Source of the DNA: Chlorokybus atmophyticus | Taxonomy: Eukaryota; Plantae; Mesostigma and Chlorokybus algae | DNA length: 64,000 nucleotides | NCBI GenBank assembly: GCA_009103225.1 | Contig: RHPI01000260.1 | Span: 754,203-818,202, forward strand | Direction of reading: 5' to 3' | In this document: one piece after another, positions 23,508-34,620 of the stretch | How positions within the stretch are numbered: the stretch's first letter is position 1 | Layout: each line of letters starts with the position of its first letter | Translations under genes and position numbers: made by a program | The notes under the pieces: generated by a model | Database searches by the model: none | The model's input: the letters and a program-made list of their open reading frames with translations, nothing else | What the model was told of the DNA's origin: nothing

Positions 23508-26500
23508 ATGGTGCTGCGGCGGGCGGCGGCGGCGGCGGCGGCAGCTGCTGCACGCTCCGCCAGTGGCCGCGCCTCCTCATCGTCCTCGTCCACCTCGTCG
23601 TCCGCATCTCTATACCAGAAGGACTTCATTGAGTTGCTCCGGGCGCAGCTGCAGCGACCAGCAGGAGCGGGAAGGCGGCGAGCAGTAGTGGAAGGGGAAG
23701 GTGGAGGGCGCAACGCCGCCACTACCGTGCGGGCATCAGTCAGAAAGCTGCGCGGTAGCTCAGGCGGAGGCGGAGGGGAAGGTGGTAGTGGAGGACGACA
23801 GGGAGCAGGAGTAAGGGCAGATGCATATGATATTCCCAGCTTCAACCTCCGGTCCAAGCTTGCTTGCACTTTGCCAAATGGCATGCTCAATGCGGAGCCC
23901 ACAATTAGCAACAGCAACAGCAGCGTCAGTAGCCATGGCCGTGACTCCCCTGCCTCCACCTCAGGTCAGCAGCATGCTTGCTCCCCGCACGCGAATTTGT
24001 AACTCAAGAGTCAAGTAGTATCCAGTCATTTCTGTGACAGCACAAAAGCATGCACAACCCTGAGTTCTCACAACTTTTACACCGCTCAACCATGAAATGC
24101 AACACAATGTGCACCTAAAATTTCCATTTCTTCATTCGGCTGCTCTGCAGCAAAGTTTCTGTTACCAGTGCGCTTGTATTCTTGTGCAATAGGCAATGTG
24201 CACTGGCGGTCTGCATTTCGCACGTTTGGTCAAGCACGTTTTGCCAGTTACTGATGTCCGCATGCATGTGTTTAACAGGTCGCAGCGGCTATGAAGCACG
24301 CAGCGTGTACTACAACACCATGCATGGCCGCGAGGTACGTGTGTTGTGCCTACAAATTGGCTGAGGTATTTTGGTATGCCATGGCATTGCATGGCATGCG
24401 TGTGGTGTCATGCATGCCTTTGCTATGGGATTGCTAAGGTGAGGTTTCTAGCATGGTTTGCTGCGTGATGATCATAACGTAGGACATGGATGCCATTTGT
24501 AGAAAAATTTCCTTTGTATATTTTCTTTCTGCATTCACAGATGCGAGTGCTTGCTTGCAATCAGCTGTTTGAACATGCACTCCAAGAGGGTTGTTTTGTG
24601 GCTGTTCGTGTGAGGATAATGCCTTGGCTCTAAGCAACAAGCCGTCAGATGTGTTCGGTCAGCACACACGCTTGCGCATGTCTGGTAGGTAGTCTCAAAA
24701 GACTCCTTATGTGGCATCACGGGCAGCTTTCTGGCTCTGGTTTTGCTGGCTAACATTGTCTTTTTATACATCTTTGCGGCTAGGTCCTGCAAGAGTTCAA
24801 GCAAGTTGCCGGAGTCAATCCGGATGGCAGCATCTGCACCGGTCACTCAATGGCGGAAATCAAGCGAGCTCGAGTGCTGTTAAGAGATTACATGAATGCA
24901 AGCAGGTTGGAACCCAATGAATCGTACACGAGAATGTGGGCGCACTCCGCCGTAATTCGCATGTGCGCACGAGCCAAAGACTTGACACTCGAGTGCCGTG
25001 ACATAGCTTTCGAGGTCTACAGGCAAGTGCAGATAGTTGTCGGGAGTTTGTTCCATTGCATGTATGTGACCTGATCGCAGAAAGTCTTACTGAGCTGATG
25101 TCATTGTAACATATACATGCAGCAACCTTGCAGCGGCCAGATGCACGCCGAATAAAACTACCTTTGGGTAAGGCAGGTAGCCTATGTATTCAAGTACATG
25201 CGAGTGCTATACACGTGCATTGTGGAATACGCTATTCGCAACTGTACTTCTTGATCAATCTGACAGCATGCTTGCTGCTTCATCGGCAGTGCTATGCTTC
25301 ATATTTGCGCAAAGATGGACGACCTGCAGCGTGCAAGGCAGATTTACAACGATGCCGCCAAGGCAACCACAACGCTCAGTCGCAAGATGTACCATTTATA
25401 CATCCATGTGCTTGCGCGACACCGCTTGATGGATGAAGGCTTTACGGTGGCAGAAGACATGGTAAAACATTACTGCAATGAGTATTGGATGACCGTGTGG
25501 CAACCAAGCGACTGTTGATTCTACTGACCCATTGCGTGTGTTGTGCACTATGCGCAGGTGAAGGCTGGCTTTGAGCCCGACATGGTCACATTCTGGTCTC
25601 TCAGCCATGGTGGGTTTGCGTGCATGCCTGCGTGTTGAGTTGGTTGTTGGCACCTCCGTCACCACAGTCACCACACTCAACAATGGCACTCTGACGAGTC
25701 TTTCTTTGGCAGCTGCTGGAATGACCGGGCGCATCGATGCTGTAAGGCGCATACGCAAATGGATGAATCGAGTTGGTATGTGGTATCAATGCTTGTGCAA
25801 CCACCAGATGTGCTTGTTGAGATGTTGCTTGAGCGTCGTTGTACATTGCAGGACTGAAACCCACATCGGAGATTTATGCCTGCTTCTTCCATGCTTGTAG
25901 CGAGTCTCGGGACTTGGATTATGCGTATGAGCTGTGGCAGTGCGTGAAGGAGGATCGTGTCGCATACGTGCCGGTACAGTGCAATGATGGGGCTGCTGCT
26001 GCTGTTGATGATGATGATGATGATCATGATGGTGGTGGTGGTGATGGCGGTGGCTGCAATTCACCTGCTTAGCATGACATACATCACAGACGTAAACGCA
26101 CAAGGACACACGCACGCACGCACGCAAGCACGCACGCAGAGAATCAGAGGAAGTCTTACAACATAACATTGTCTCTTGCACAGCGTCTTCAACAAGCTGT
26201 TGTGGCCGCATTCGAGCTGAGCCCACCTGTGGCGCTGGAAATTCTTCGCGAAGCACATGAGCAGAAGAGGGCAATGCACGGTGATGTCAAGGAGCGTGCC
26301 AAGTCACCTGCGTGGCCGCGGGACATCGCAGCAACCTCGTCCATCAGCGTGCATGAGCCGCGCGCAATGTACTTGGACCTTCACAGGATGACCCGCTCCG
26401 AGAGCCAGCTGGCGGTCCTGGCGCGCATTGACGCCCTCACGCAAGACAAGGTGGCACTGGCATCATCGTCATCGCCATCGTTGTCATCATCATCAGAGAG

Positions 26501-27070
26501 GCAACCCGCGTCACTCCCAACAGCCATCGGCCTGACCCTGATCACAGGTTAGTGTTGAGAATCATTCCTGCTTACACATTAGAGTTCATACCGCCAATTG
26601 CCCAGAGTGCATCGTGTGTGTACCCCAACTGTTCAAAGCGTATGTGTTGACGGTAAGTGAGCCACAGTCGAGAGAACAGTATGACCGTGTACTCTGCATG
26701 GTGTGAGTTTGAGCCATCGTTGTATGCATAAGTACTGCAATGTTGCAATGCGCTCTGCTGTCTGCTGTGTGATGCTGTTGAGCGTGCGATTCACGCAGGT
26801 TGGGGCAAGAACAGCGAGAATTTCGGCATGTCGGTGGTGCGGCCGGCGGTTGAGGAGCTGCTTCGCGTGATGCGCGTCGACTACGCGGCCGTGGCGGGCA
26901 ACAAGGGCCGGCTCGTCGTCCCTCACAGCGCCCTGTACGACTATGCCGAGAGGCGAGAGTCCGTCATGACGCGGCAGCGGGCCGTCCGCTCTGCCATGCT
27001 GCGTTATGCTGCCATTGCCGGCATAGGCATGGCCGCGTGCATGCTGCCAAGACTGCTGAGTCTCTACTGA
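23508..27070 (+). CDS. PPR-SMR protein with organellar targeting peptide and hydrophobic C-terminal tail
   Basis: P-type PPR repeats (PNKTTFGAMLHICAKMDDLQRARQIY; LSRKMYHLYIHVLARHRLMDEGFTVAEDMVKAGFEPDMVTF; GLKPTSEIYACFFHACSESRDLDYAYELW) and SMR motifs YLDLHRMT...LTLITG...RPAVEELL...NKGRLVV. Confidence 0.8.
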
Positions 27071-27720
27071 TGTGGCTGATAGACCCTCTTCCACGTACAT
27101 GTTGAGCTTGAGTTGATGGTATGAGGTGCTAGGGTGGTCTTGTAGTTATGTTGGTGCATATCGCATGCGCCTGTACATGTTGCCACCTAGAAGTTTGGCT
27201 ATAACTTGTAGCTTAAAGATATGAGCCGCTCTGTTCACATCATGTTGAAGTTGAGCATGCTGCTGGTGATCGTTTTTAAGAGCGAGCAAAAGATCCAAAG
27301 AGTGCTGATGTTACAACAGCACATATTGTGTCGATCCGATAGTGGTTAGATACTCACGCATGCACAGGGAGCCGCGACGCAGAGGGAGTGGCCGTGCCTG
27401 CAGTACATCCATGCATGCGTGTATAGACACAAACCCCCAGAACGGCCGTCAGCGACGCGGCAGTAGGCGGGCGGAGGTGGTGGCGGGGATGTGGGCGAAG
27501 GAGGATGGGGGAGCTAGTTGGGTCTGCTGCTGTGGACCTCGGTGCAAGGATGGGCCGCTAACCAACAGCCGTGCTACAGGCGATGCGGTCGGCAATTGCA
27601 TGCATGCCTGCCTGACAGGGTGGGGTAGTTGGTTGGTTAGTTAGGCCGTAGAGTGAGTAGTGTTGCCCGGTGGCTGCTGTGGTCGGCTTGAGGTATGTAG
27701 TGAGCTGCCATGCATGCAAC

Positions 27721-27790
27721 TGTTGAACATGAGCAATGTGTGCAAGGCATTCATTGCATCTCTAGAATAGTGTTGGAGAATTATGTACAC
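27721..27790 (+). repeat. Dispersed repeat, copy 2 (matches 10593-10662)
   Basis: 62/70 identity, ungapped. It lies at the 3' end of a GC-rich non-coding block (27342-27790). Confidence 0.85.
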
Positions 27791-29771
27791 TGGCCCAACT
27801 GCAATAAACACACTAGCAGATGAAGCAACACACATACATGGCATTGCGTCTCAGTACAAAGCTGTTTGATTCAATCAAGGCTTCGAGCTGTAGAAACACT
27901 TCGCTACCCACGAAGTCTGTTACCTGTGCCGCATGCAAGCCGCCGAGTTGAAGTTCGGGCAGCAGCCTTGAGGAGGGTGGTTGCTCAGGAGGGTGGTTGC
28001 TCAGCGGCGCGGTGGGTTTGACAGTGGGTCTCCGTTCAGCGCGTTGAGACAATCAAACCAACTAGGTCTGACTGCGTAAGCGTTGCACGCACCGTCGTCA
28101 CCTGCGTTAGGGTGACAAATGCCTGCTATGTGAGAGATTGACCCCAACGTGGGGCAAGGGCGTGCGGGGAAGTTGCAGTTGCTGCACGATTCAGCATTCA
28201 GCCCCACATCGAACCTCAGCAAACCTTGAAGGTGAGGTGGAATTCAATTGTCTTGTCCATATGCAGGTATGCTCCCCATCTGTGTTACAACACTGCAATA
28301 CTGCAACTTACTTCACGGAGCATGTGTTACCCAACTCGCTTGCTATAACACAACTAGTTGTAACACTATAAAAAGTTCAAGCACGCACCTGAATGCGTTG
28401 CTGCTCCCTACTCCGCTGAGTACTTTGGCAAAGGATTTCGGTCAATGCTGCACAACCGCATCTTGCCTTGTGCCACGGTATGTACGGTATGTTCCCTTGG
28501 TTCGTTTGCGACATATATTACATGTGTTCTTGCCTGTGCGCACTTCGTAGGGTATCATATCGTGGTCGCACCCTGCATGTTACAACCGATGTGAGACCAT
28601 GATACGGAATTCCATATCAAGCACACATGCAATGTCCGCCATAAAGCAATGGAAGAAGAAAATGTAACACCATGTGCAGCTATGCATTTACGCTAAGCTT
28701 GAGACGCTGCCAAAGTATGCAGAGGATCAAAGCGCGGCTACGCATGCAGAAGGACAGCTGTTACTTTACATATGCATGTTTGCATTGTAAAATGCACGAT
28801 GCATTTTGTCCCGTATGTTACAGAAATTTGTTCCAGTCTATATCACAGACGAGTGTCGCAATGCACAGCTCATCAACATTTACGAGTGTGGGCGCAAGGT
28901 CTGTTCATGAAGCCTCGCACTGTGGGGGCCTTCAACCATGCTTATAAGTTTGCAGGATATGCTCTCAACAAATTATCTCGTGCATGCTCAACGCAGGGGT
29001 TGCAGTTGAGGTCAGGTAGTTTCAACTTGTATTAAAGCCTGTATTAAGCAATGTTGTAAATGAACCAAGCAGCAAATGTGCAACATGCGGCTTACTTTAC
29101 CAATTGCAGATTCCATTAGATGTTGTGACCTTCAATTCTTTTTATTGTTGCCGTAACCCCTTTATATATATATGCATGTTATATAATACGACATGTTGGA
29201 CAATAAGCCAAAAGTTTGCAAGCAGTGACTGTCTGAAAGGTTGGCAAATTTGTGTAAATATGCATCTCAAAAAGCGCATGTATCATGCAAATGCCTTAAG
29301 TTATGCGTATTAATTACTGCGAAGAACTTATATACGTTCAACACAATAATTGCGAGCACGTGCCTTTACAATGTTGCTGGAGCACGGCGTGTCCTCTGTT
29401 AAAGTCAATGCCGCTGTTTGCACAGCCGACATCAAGTTTATGAATTTACATGGCATGGCAACCAATTGCCATCTCGCGAGCATTATGCGGGCATCTTTGT
29501 GATAATGCAAAACGCTCCGTTCATTGACTCAATCAAGTGTGATGCATGCTTTCGTAGGTCAACAAACACTTAACCATAAGTATGTTGCAGTCGTGTGTTC
29601 GGCTGACGCTAATGCTGTAACCACCTGTTACCTAAGGTTCAATTTCTACACGGCGTGACAACACCATCACGCTAATGCTTGCTGACTTAGACCGACCATG
29701 CAAGGTTTGATGTACAGAGTAGAAGAGGTGCGTGCGCATGTCCCTCAATGTCCTAGCCAGATCTTCTCAGC

Positions 29772-30943
29772 TTAGGCTTTCTGCACGACGGGAAGGAAGC
29801 ACATGTTAAACTCAATATTCTCTGCACCAACACACAATCTATGCTTCAAACACAAAGCAAAGACTGACCTGGATGGGCAGGAACAACTTGAACTCCGGGG
29901 GCAGCTCCTCCTCAGAATAGAGGCGGTCGGAGAAGTAGATGCGGCGGATGCGGCAGTTGGCATGAATCTGATACACACATTGTATAAGATAAGAACAGTA
30001 CTGCGCACTACAACCCCTGGCACATGCCATGGCAGTTGTCTGCAGAAACCAACCTGGACACGCAGCGTTTCGATGTAGTTGGTGCCGTACGCGCGACGCG
30101 TGAAGTCGCTCAGGTTGAACTGGATCTGGTTCCAGCCCTCATCGAGCCGCATCGGCATGGTGCAGATGAACGGCTTCACACGGGTTGTCGACTGCGGAGA
30201 GGACAGGCACAACATGCATCAGTGAGTAGGTAACTCTCAAAGTCAGCAAGTCAAGCAGCGAGGATAATGCGAGGCTGATACGGAAGACAGCATGTGCTAT
30301 TTACACTACCATCAGCGTTCTATACGAATTGCAAAATGTGTCATTGGAAGCAACACTCACAGAATGGTGTGCCAGAGTTGACTGGAGCACACCCATACAC
30401 ATGCTGCTAATGTTCACACAGTAACACGTCACTTGCCTGGTAGTTGGAGGCGCGGAAGCGGCGGCGCACGCCCTTGTCATCAAGCACCTGGACCTCAAAG
30501 GTGAAGTACTTCTTGAGGTTCTTGATGATCATAACGAGGAAGGGCAGCTTGATGCCAAGGGTCTGCGCGGGGTCGGCCGGGCACGTGATGTAGTTGGTCG
30601 ACACGTTGGTGCCCATCACCTCCAGCACGCTGCTCTGAATGTCCTCGTCCGTTATGCGCTTGATGTGCCCATTTTTGACTGCATGATGTATCACACAATC
30701 AGCCGCAGACAGAGTTTCAATGCCACAACAACATTGCGCAGTGACTGTTATGTGTAATGCGGTGTACGCAGTCTCTCACCCTCTTTGTCCCATATCTGCA
30801 AGGGTTTGCTCCTGCAATGGGTAATACAAGGACTTGTAAGTACAACTGCAAATGCCCAGGTAAGTCTTTCGTTCAATGTGCAACACGTACCCTATGCTGT
30901 ATAGTATGGACAGGAACCCTGACTGGAAGGTATTCTTGAACAT
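29772..30943 (-). CDS. CFAP20: Cilia- and flagella-associated protein 20 (BUG22)
   Basis: [65 protein letters not shown]...[34 protein letters not shown]...[35 protein letters not shown]. Confidence 0.97.
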
Positions 30944-30955
30944 GGTTGTGTCAGT

Positions 30956-31565
30956 TCAAGGCAAGTCCCACTGGGGCTTCCGCACGAAAATGTCGTTGTA
31001 TTCTGGGCGAGCAGTCTGCAAGTTTGAGCATTCAAAGAGACAAGTAAGATCCATGCTTTGTCGTAGTAGAGCAAGAAACTACTACTCAGAGAACTCACAC
31101 ACTGAAAGCAAGACGCACGACCACTTGCAGCCATGAGCAATGCTTCTGCTCGGAATAACAGCACCACGCTATTCTCACTGCCTCTGCTTGTAACCATTGC
31201 TAGTGAGTAGCTGCTACTGCTGTAATGTCATTGCCGCAAATGATGAAATGCTCCACAATTATTGCCAGTAGCTTCTACTGCTGTATTGTCATTGCCACGT
31301 ATGCCCCCACAGTTACGGCTGATATTCTGCTACCAACGCTACCAATGCTCCTGCAGCGACTGTTGCTTTTGCTACAACTTACCAGCGTCCTGAGGAAGAA
31401 CAGCACCGTCAACAAGAGTAGTCCGACCAGTATCTCAAACTCCGCAAACTGCACCAGCCTAAGGAGGGCCGCAACAGGCCAGAGAAGCCCAAACCCTTCT
31501 TGCCCTCCTCCTCCTCCTCCTCCTCCGCCGCCTCCTCCACCTCCGCCCCTGCCTCTACCACGCAT
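30956..31565 (-). CDS. Small (80 aa) Gly-rich single-pass membrane protein directly upstream of CFAP20
   Basis: Exon 1 is 31565-31383 and exon 2 is 31015-30956, joined by a phase-0 GTAAGT...TGCAG intron. The product is MRGRGR(G)15QEGFGLLWPVAALLRLVQFAEFEILVGLLLLTVLFFLRTL-TARPEYNDIFVRKPQWDLP*. Confidence 0.72.
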
Positions 31566-31629
31566 CACACTGGCCTGGACACCGCGGCCCCTGCTACCAC
31601 AAGGCACCGCAGCAGGCTGGAGGGGAGGC

Positions 31630-31870
31630 GGCACGTGGCCTGATCAGGCCAGAATTAGACTAGAAAAACGCCCAGGCCACAACAAACAAACCCTAATCAG
31701 GCTCAGCGTCACGCGTTAGGCATTACGCGTTATGCATCATGCATTGTCATGCATAAAGCTGACGTGACGATCGGCCTGCAATCAACGGCTAAGATGGTAA
31801 TTAGTGTCGCACGCTGTGAGTTATTGCTGCTTGCCTGCGGGCGGGCATCGTTTTGCTAAAGTCACGTGGG
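31630..31870. promoter_or_regulatory. Putative bidirectional promoter with G-boxes and telo-box
   Basis: GGCACGTGGC at 31630-31639, AAACCCTAAT at 31688-31697 and GTCACGTGG at 31861-31869, between divergent ATGs at 31565 and 32011. Confidence 0.5.
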
Positions 31871-32010
31871 AAAAATGGCGGAAATTGGTTAAGAGACAGT
31901 TGAGGCGCTCACAAGTTGAACTTGGGGCAGGCGGTTGTTGACAACGTCAGTGTCGTTGGCGGCGGCGGCGGCGTGCCTGAGGTGGTCGGTGGTGACGTTA
32001 GCTTTCAAAC

Positions 32011-34004
32011 ATGAAGCGCGGAGCCATGCTGGCGCTCGCCGCCTTCGCCTTCTTCGCCCTCGCAGGTAAAGAGAGCTGACTTCATTCTGAAGAGAGGATG
32101 GTGCCTGGTTTGACGTGTTATGCACCATTAGCTAGGTGGCCTTTCATGTTAGGCTTGTGTAATCGGCATCAGGATGAAGCGTATTAGGGCTATTTGGCAC
32201 ACAATGCACTGTTGCTGTGTGCATTAATGCAGTCTGTCCAAACAGTGATGCTGCATCATTGTGCATGCGTCCATCGTGACATTTACCAGAGAACAGATCC
32301 ATCACAGACACAAATAAGCGGCAATGAACAACTGTGCTGCTGTGCAAAATACGGTTTGATCTACTGAATGCAACATGCATCCTACAGATATCAAGCATCA
32401 GAAACCTACCTGACCGTCTGATTGACGAAACTTGCTCCACATTGCTTAATCAATGAATTATCAGCTCTAATTGACTGATTGTGAAAATGTGTTTCGCAGC
32501 GGTTAGTGCAACCGAGCCTCCTCCCCCTCCACCTTTCTCCCCTCCTCCTCCTCCCCCCTCTCCCTCTCCCCCTCCTCCTCCCCCAACATGGGTGCCCGAA
32601 CCCGCTCCCGCACCCGCCCCAAATGGTGAGTTGATAACCTCTTTGTTTGTTCTTGTTATATACTCATGAGCTATTTGATCTGTGTGTACTGATGAGTGAT
32701 TGTGTTGTGTGTTTGCAGCGTCGTGTCCTGATGGGATGATGGTGTGGACCGACGGTGTGAGGTGCGTGTGTCCCTTTGGCTACGAGTACTTCCCTGAGGG
32801 CGACAGCATTTGCAAGGGTGAGAGAGCACAACAGTAAAAACAGTGCATAATGCGCTTTAACAGCTTGTTGCCTTCAACACTATATCTGTATGTGGGCCTG
32901 ATGCTGATGTGTGTGTTGTGGGTGTTGTGTGCACCAGAGCTGGAGTGCCCTGAGGGAACTTCAGTGGCTCAAGACGAGTGGGGCAACTCATTCTGTGCAC
33001 GTAAGTGCCTCATGTTGGGCAAGCATTGCTTAACAATGCATCGCAGATATTCTAAGGAGTCTCTTGACCCAGAGAACTGTGAGACATGCACACGTGCACG
33101 CATAGACACATACATACATACTGAAGTGCATGTCGCCCCATTGCCACATTGCAGAGATGCCTTGCGCGCCCGGCACAGTTCAGATCCCGACTGACACCGG
33201 CTTCACCTGCGGTCCACCTCCCGACTTCAAGGGTAAGCCATCTAAACACACAACCACACACTTACACAATACACATTACCACACACACGTCCACAAAAGC
33301 AAACCTCACCCGACATATGTTGTCTTATGCAGCGACGTGTCCGTCCAATGTGACGGGCTGCGTTGTGGAGAACTGGTGCGAGACGTGCGACGCGAGCTGC
33401 GAGTACTGCCAGGGTCAGTCTCCCATGTGCGGACCCAACGACTGCTTCACGTGCCCCGAGGACGCCGAACTCACGCTCACCGGCAACCCCATGCGCACGG
33501 GATACTGCACGGTTCCAGGTGTGTATTGTTGTGGGGTATTGTATGTAACAGTGGTAGTATCCGTGTACACACTGGTGTCCACAAGAGAGAGATGCTGATA
33601 GACAGGCAGGTCAAGTTGGTATGCTATACTGAAACAACATGCGTGCACATTGCAGTGCCACCGGTGGCCGTGTTCATCCCCACCTGCCAGGAGGTGAGGT
33701 GTTACTGTGGTCTTGTTGTTGTCACTGTTCTTCTAGGATTAGCCGCACCCACCCGCACACCCACATGCACACCCACCCGCACACATGCATACTTGTACGC
33801 GCACACAAGCTGACACTCTCCTTGACGCGTTTCCAGTTCATTTCCGTCCCGAAGAACGCTCAGGCCGGCTTCGCCGACGCCAAGAACGCCCCCAGGCCGC
33901 CCTTCAACGGCGAGATCACCTGCTCCGTGCTGCCGCCTCCCCCGACGGCGGATGCGCCTCCTCCGACGGCGGATGCGCCTCAGGACCACCGCCGTCGCCG
34001 GTAG
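32011..34004 (+). CDS. Secreted Pro-rich/Cys-rich protein (extracellular-matrix glycoprotein-like)
   Basis: Eight exons. Signal peptide MKRGAMLALAAFAFFALAAVSA, an SPPPP-type segment, repeated CPxG...C modules, a furin-like CETCDASCEYC...C...CFTCP segment and a PPTADAP duplication. Confidence 0.8.
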
Positions 34005-34620
34005 CTGCAAATGGCGGTTGATGCGTGGAGGACAACAACAGCGACAACGTCAACAATCATACATGTATCATGATGTGCGTAGTCTATAGCTGGCTGCGAA
34101 GCCAGTGGTGGTAAGCTGTGCCTTTAAAGACACTTCTTATGTTCATTTATCCCTTCAGAATAGCCCGATGTCGTGCAATCATTGCTACACCATGTGCTGT
34201 AAGTTATGCCTCAAGAACTTGTGTTAAGTGTTGGCGACAATGTCAAGAGTGACAAAACGACCTTGCTTTGCAGAGCACTGCTGTGCTGCCCAGCAATGCA
34301 CAGCGTTTGCTGTTGATTGCGCAACAATCTGCCACATGACACTAACTGCGCTTTGTTGTCGATGTCATTGCACAGATCTGGCCGTTCCAATTACGCACAA
34401 CCACACATGTATTGACACTCTGCTATGACACACACAACTGGTATACAACTAAACGGAATCCCAACAGCACCAGCAAATAATGCCTGCTTGCCAAACTGTC
34501 TTTCACCTTATACGTAATGCTGCTCTAACTGAGTAATTGTAGGAAATCGTGAAGCCAGCCAACGAGTGTAACGCAGATTGTACTTACAACAAAGCTACTT
34601 ATCAGTTCAATCAAACCATA

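Noticed and set aside
31225-31719. 164-aa plus-strand poly-Pro ORF
   Set aside because: It is the antisense shadow of the poly-Gly exon of the small membrane ORF. Splice signals support the minus strand.
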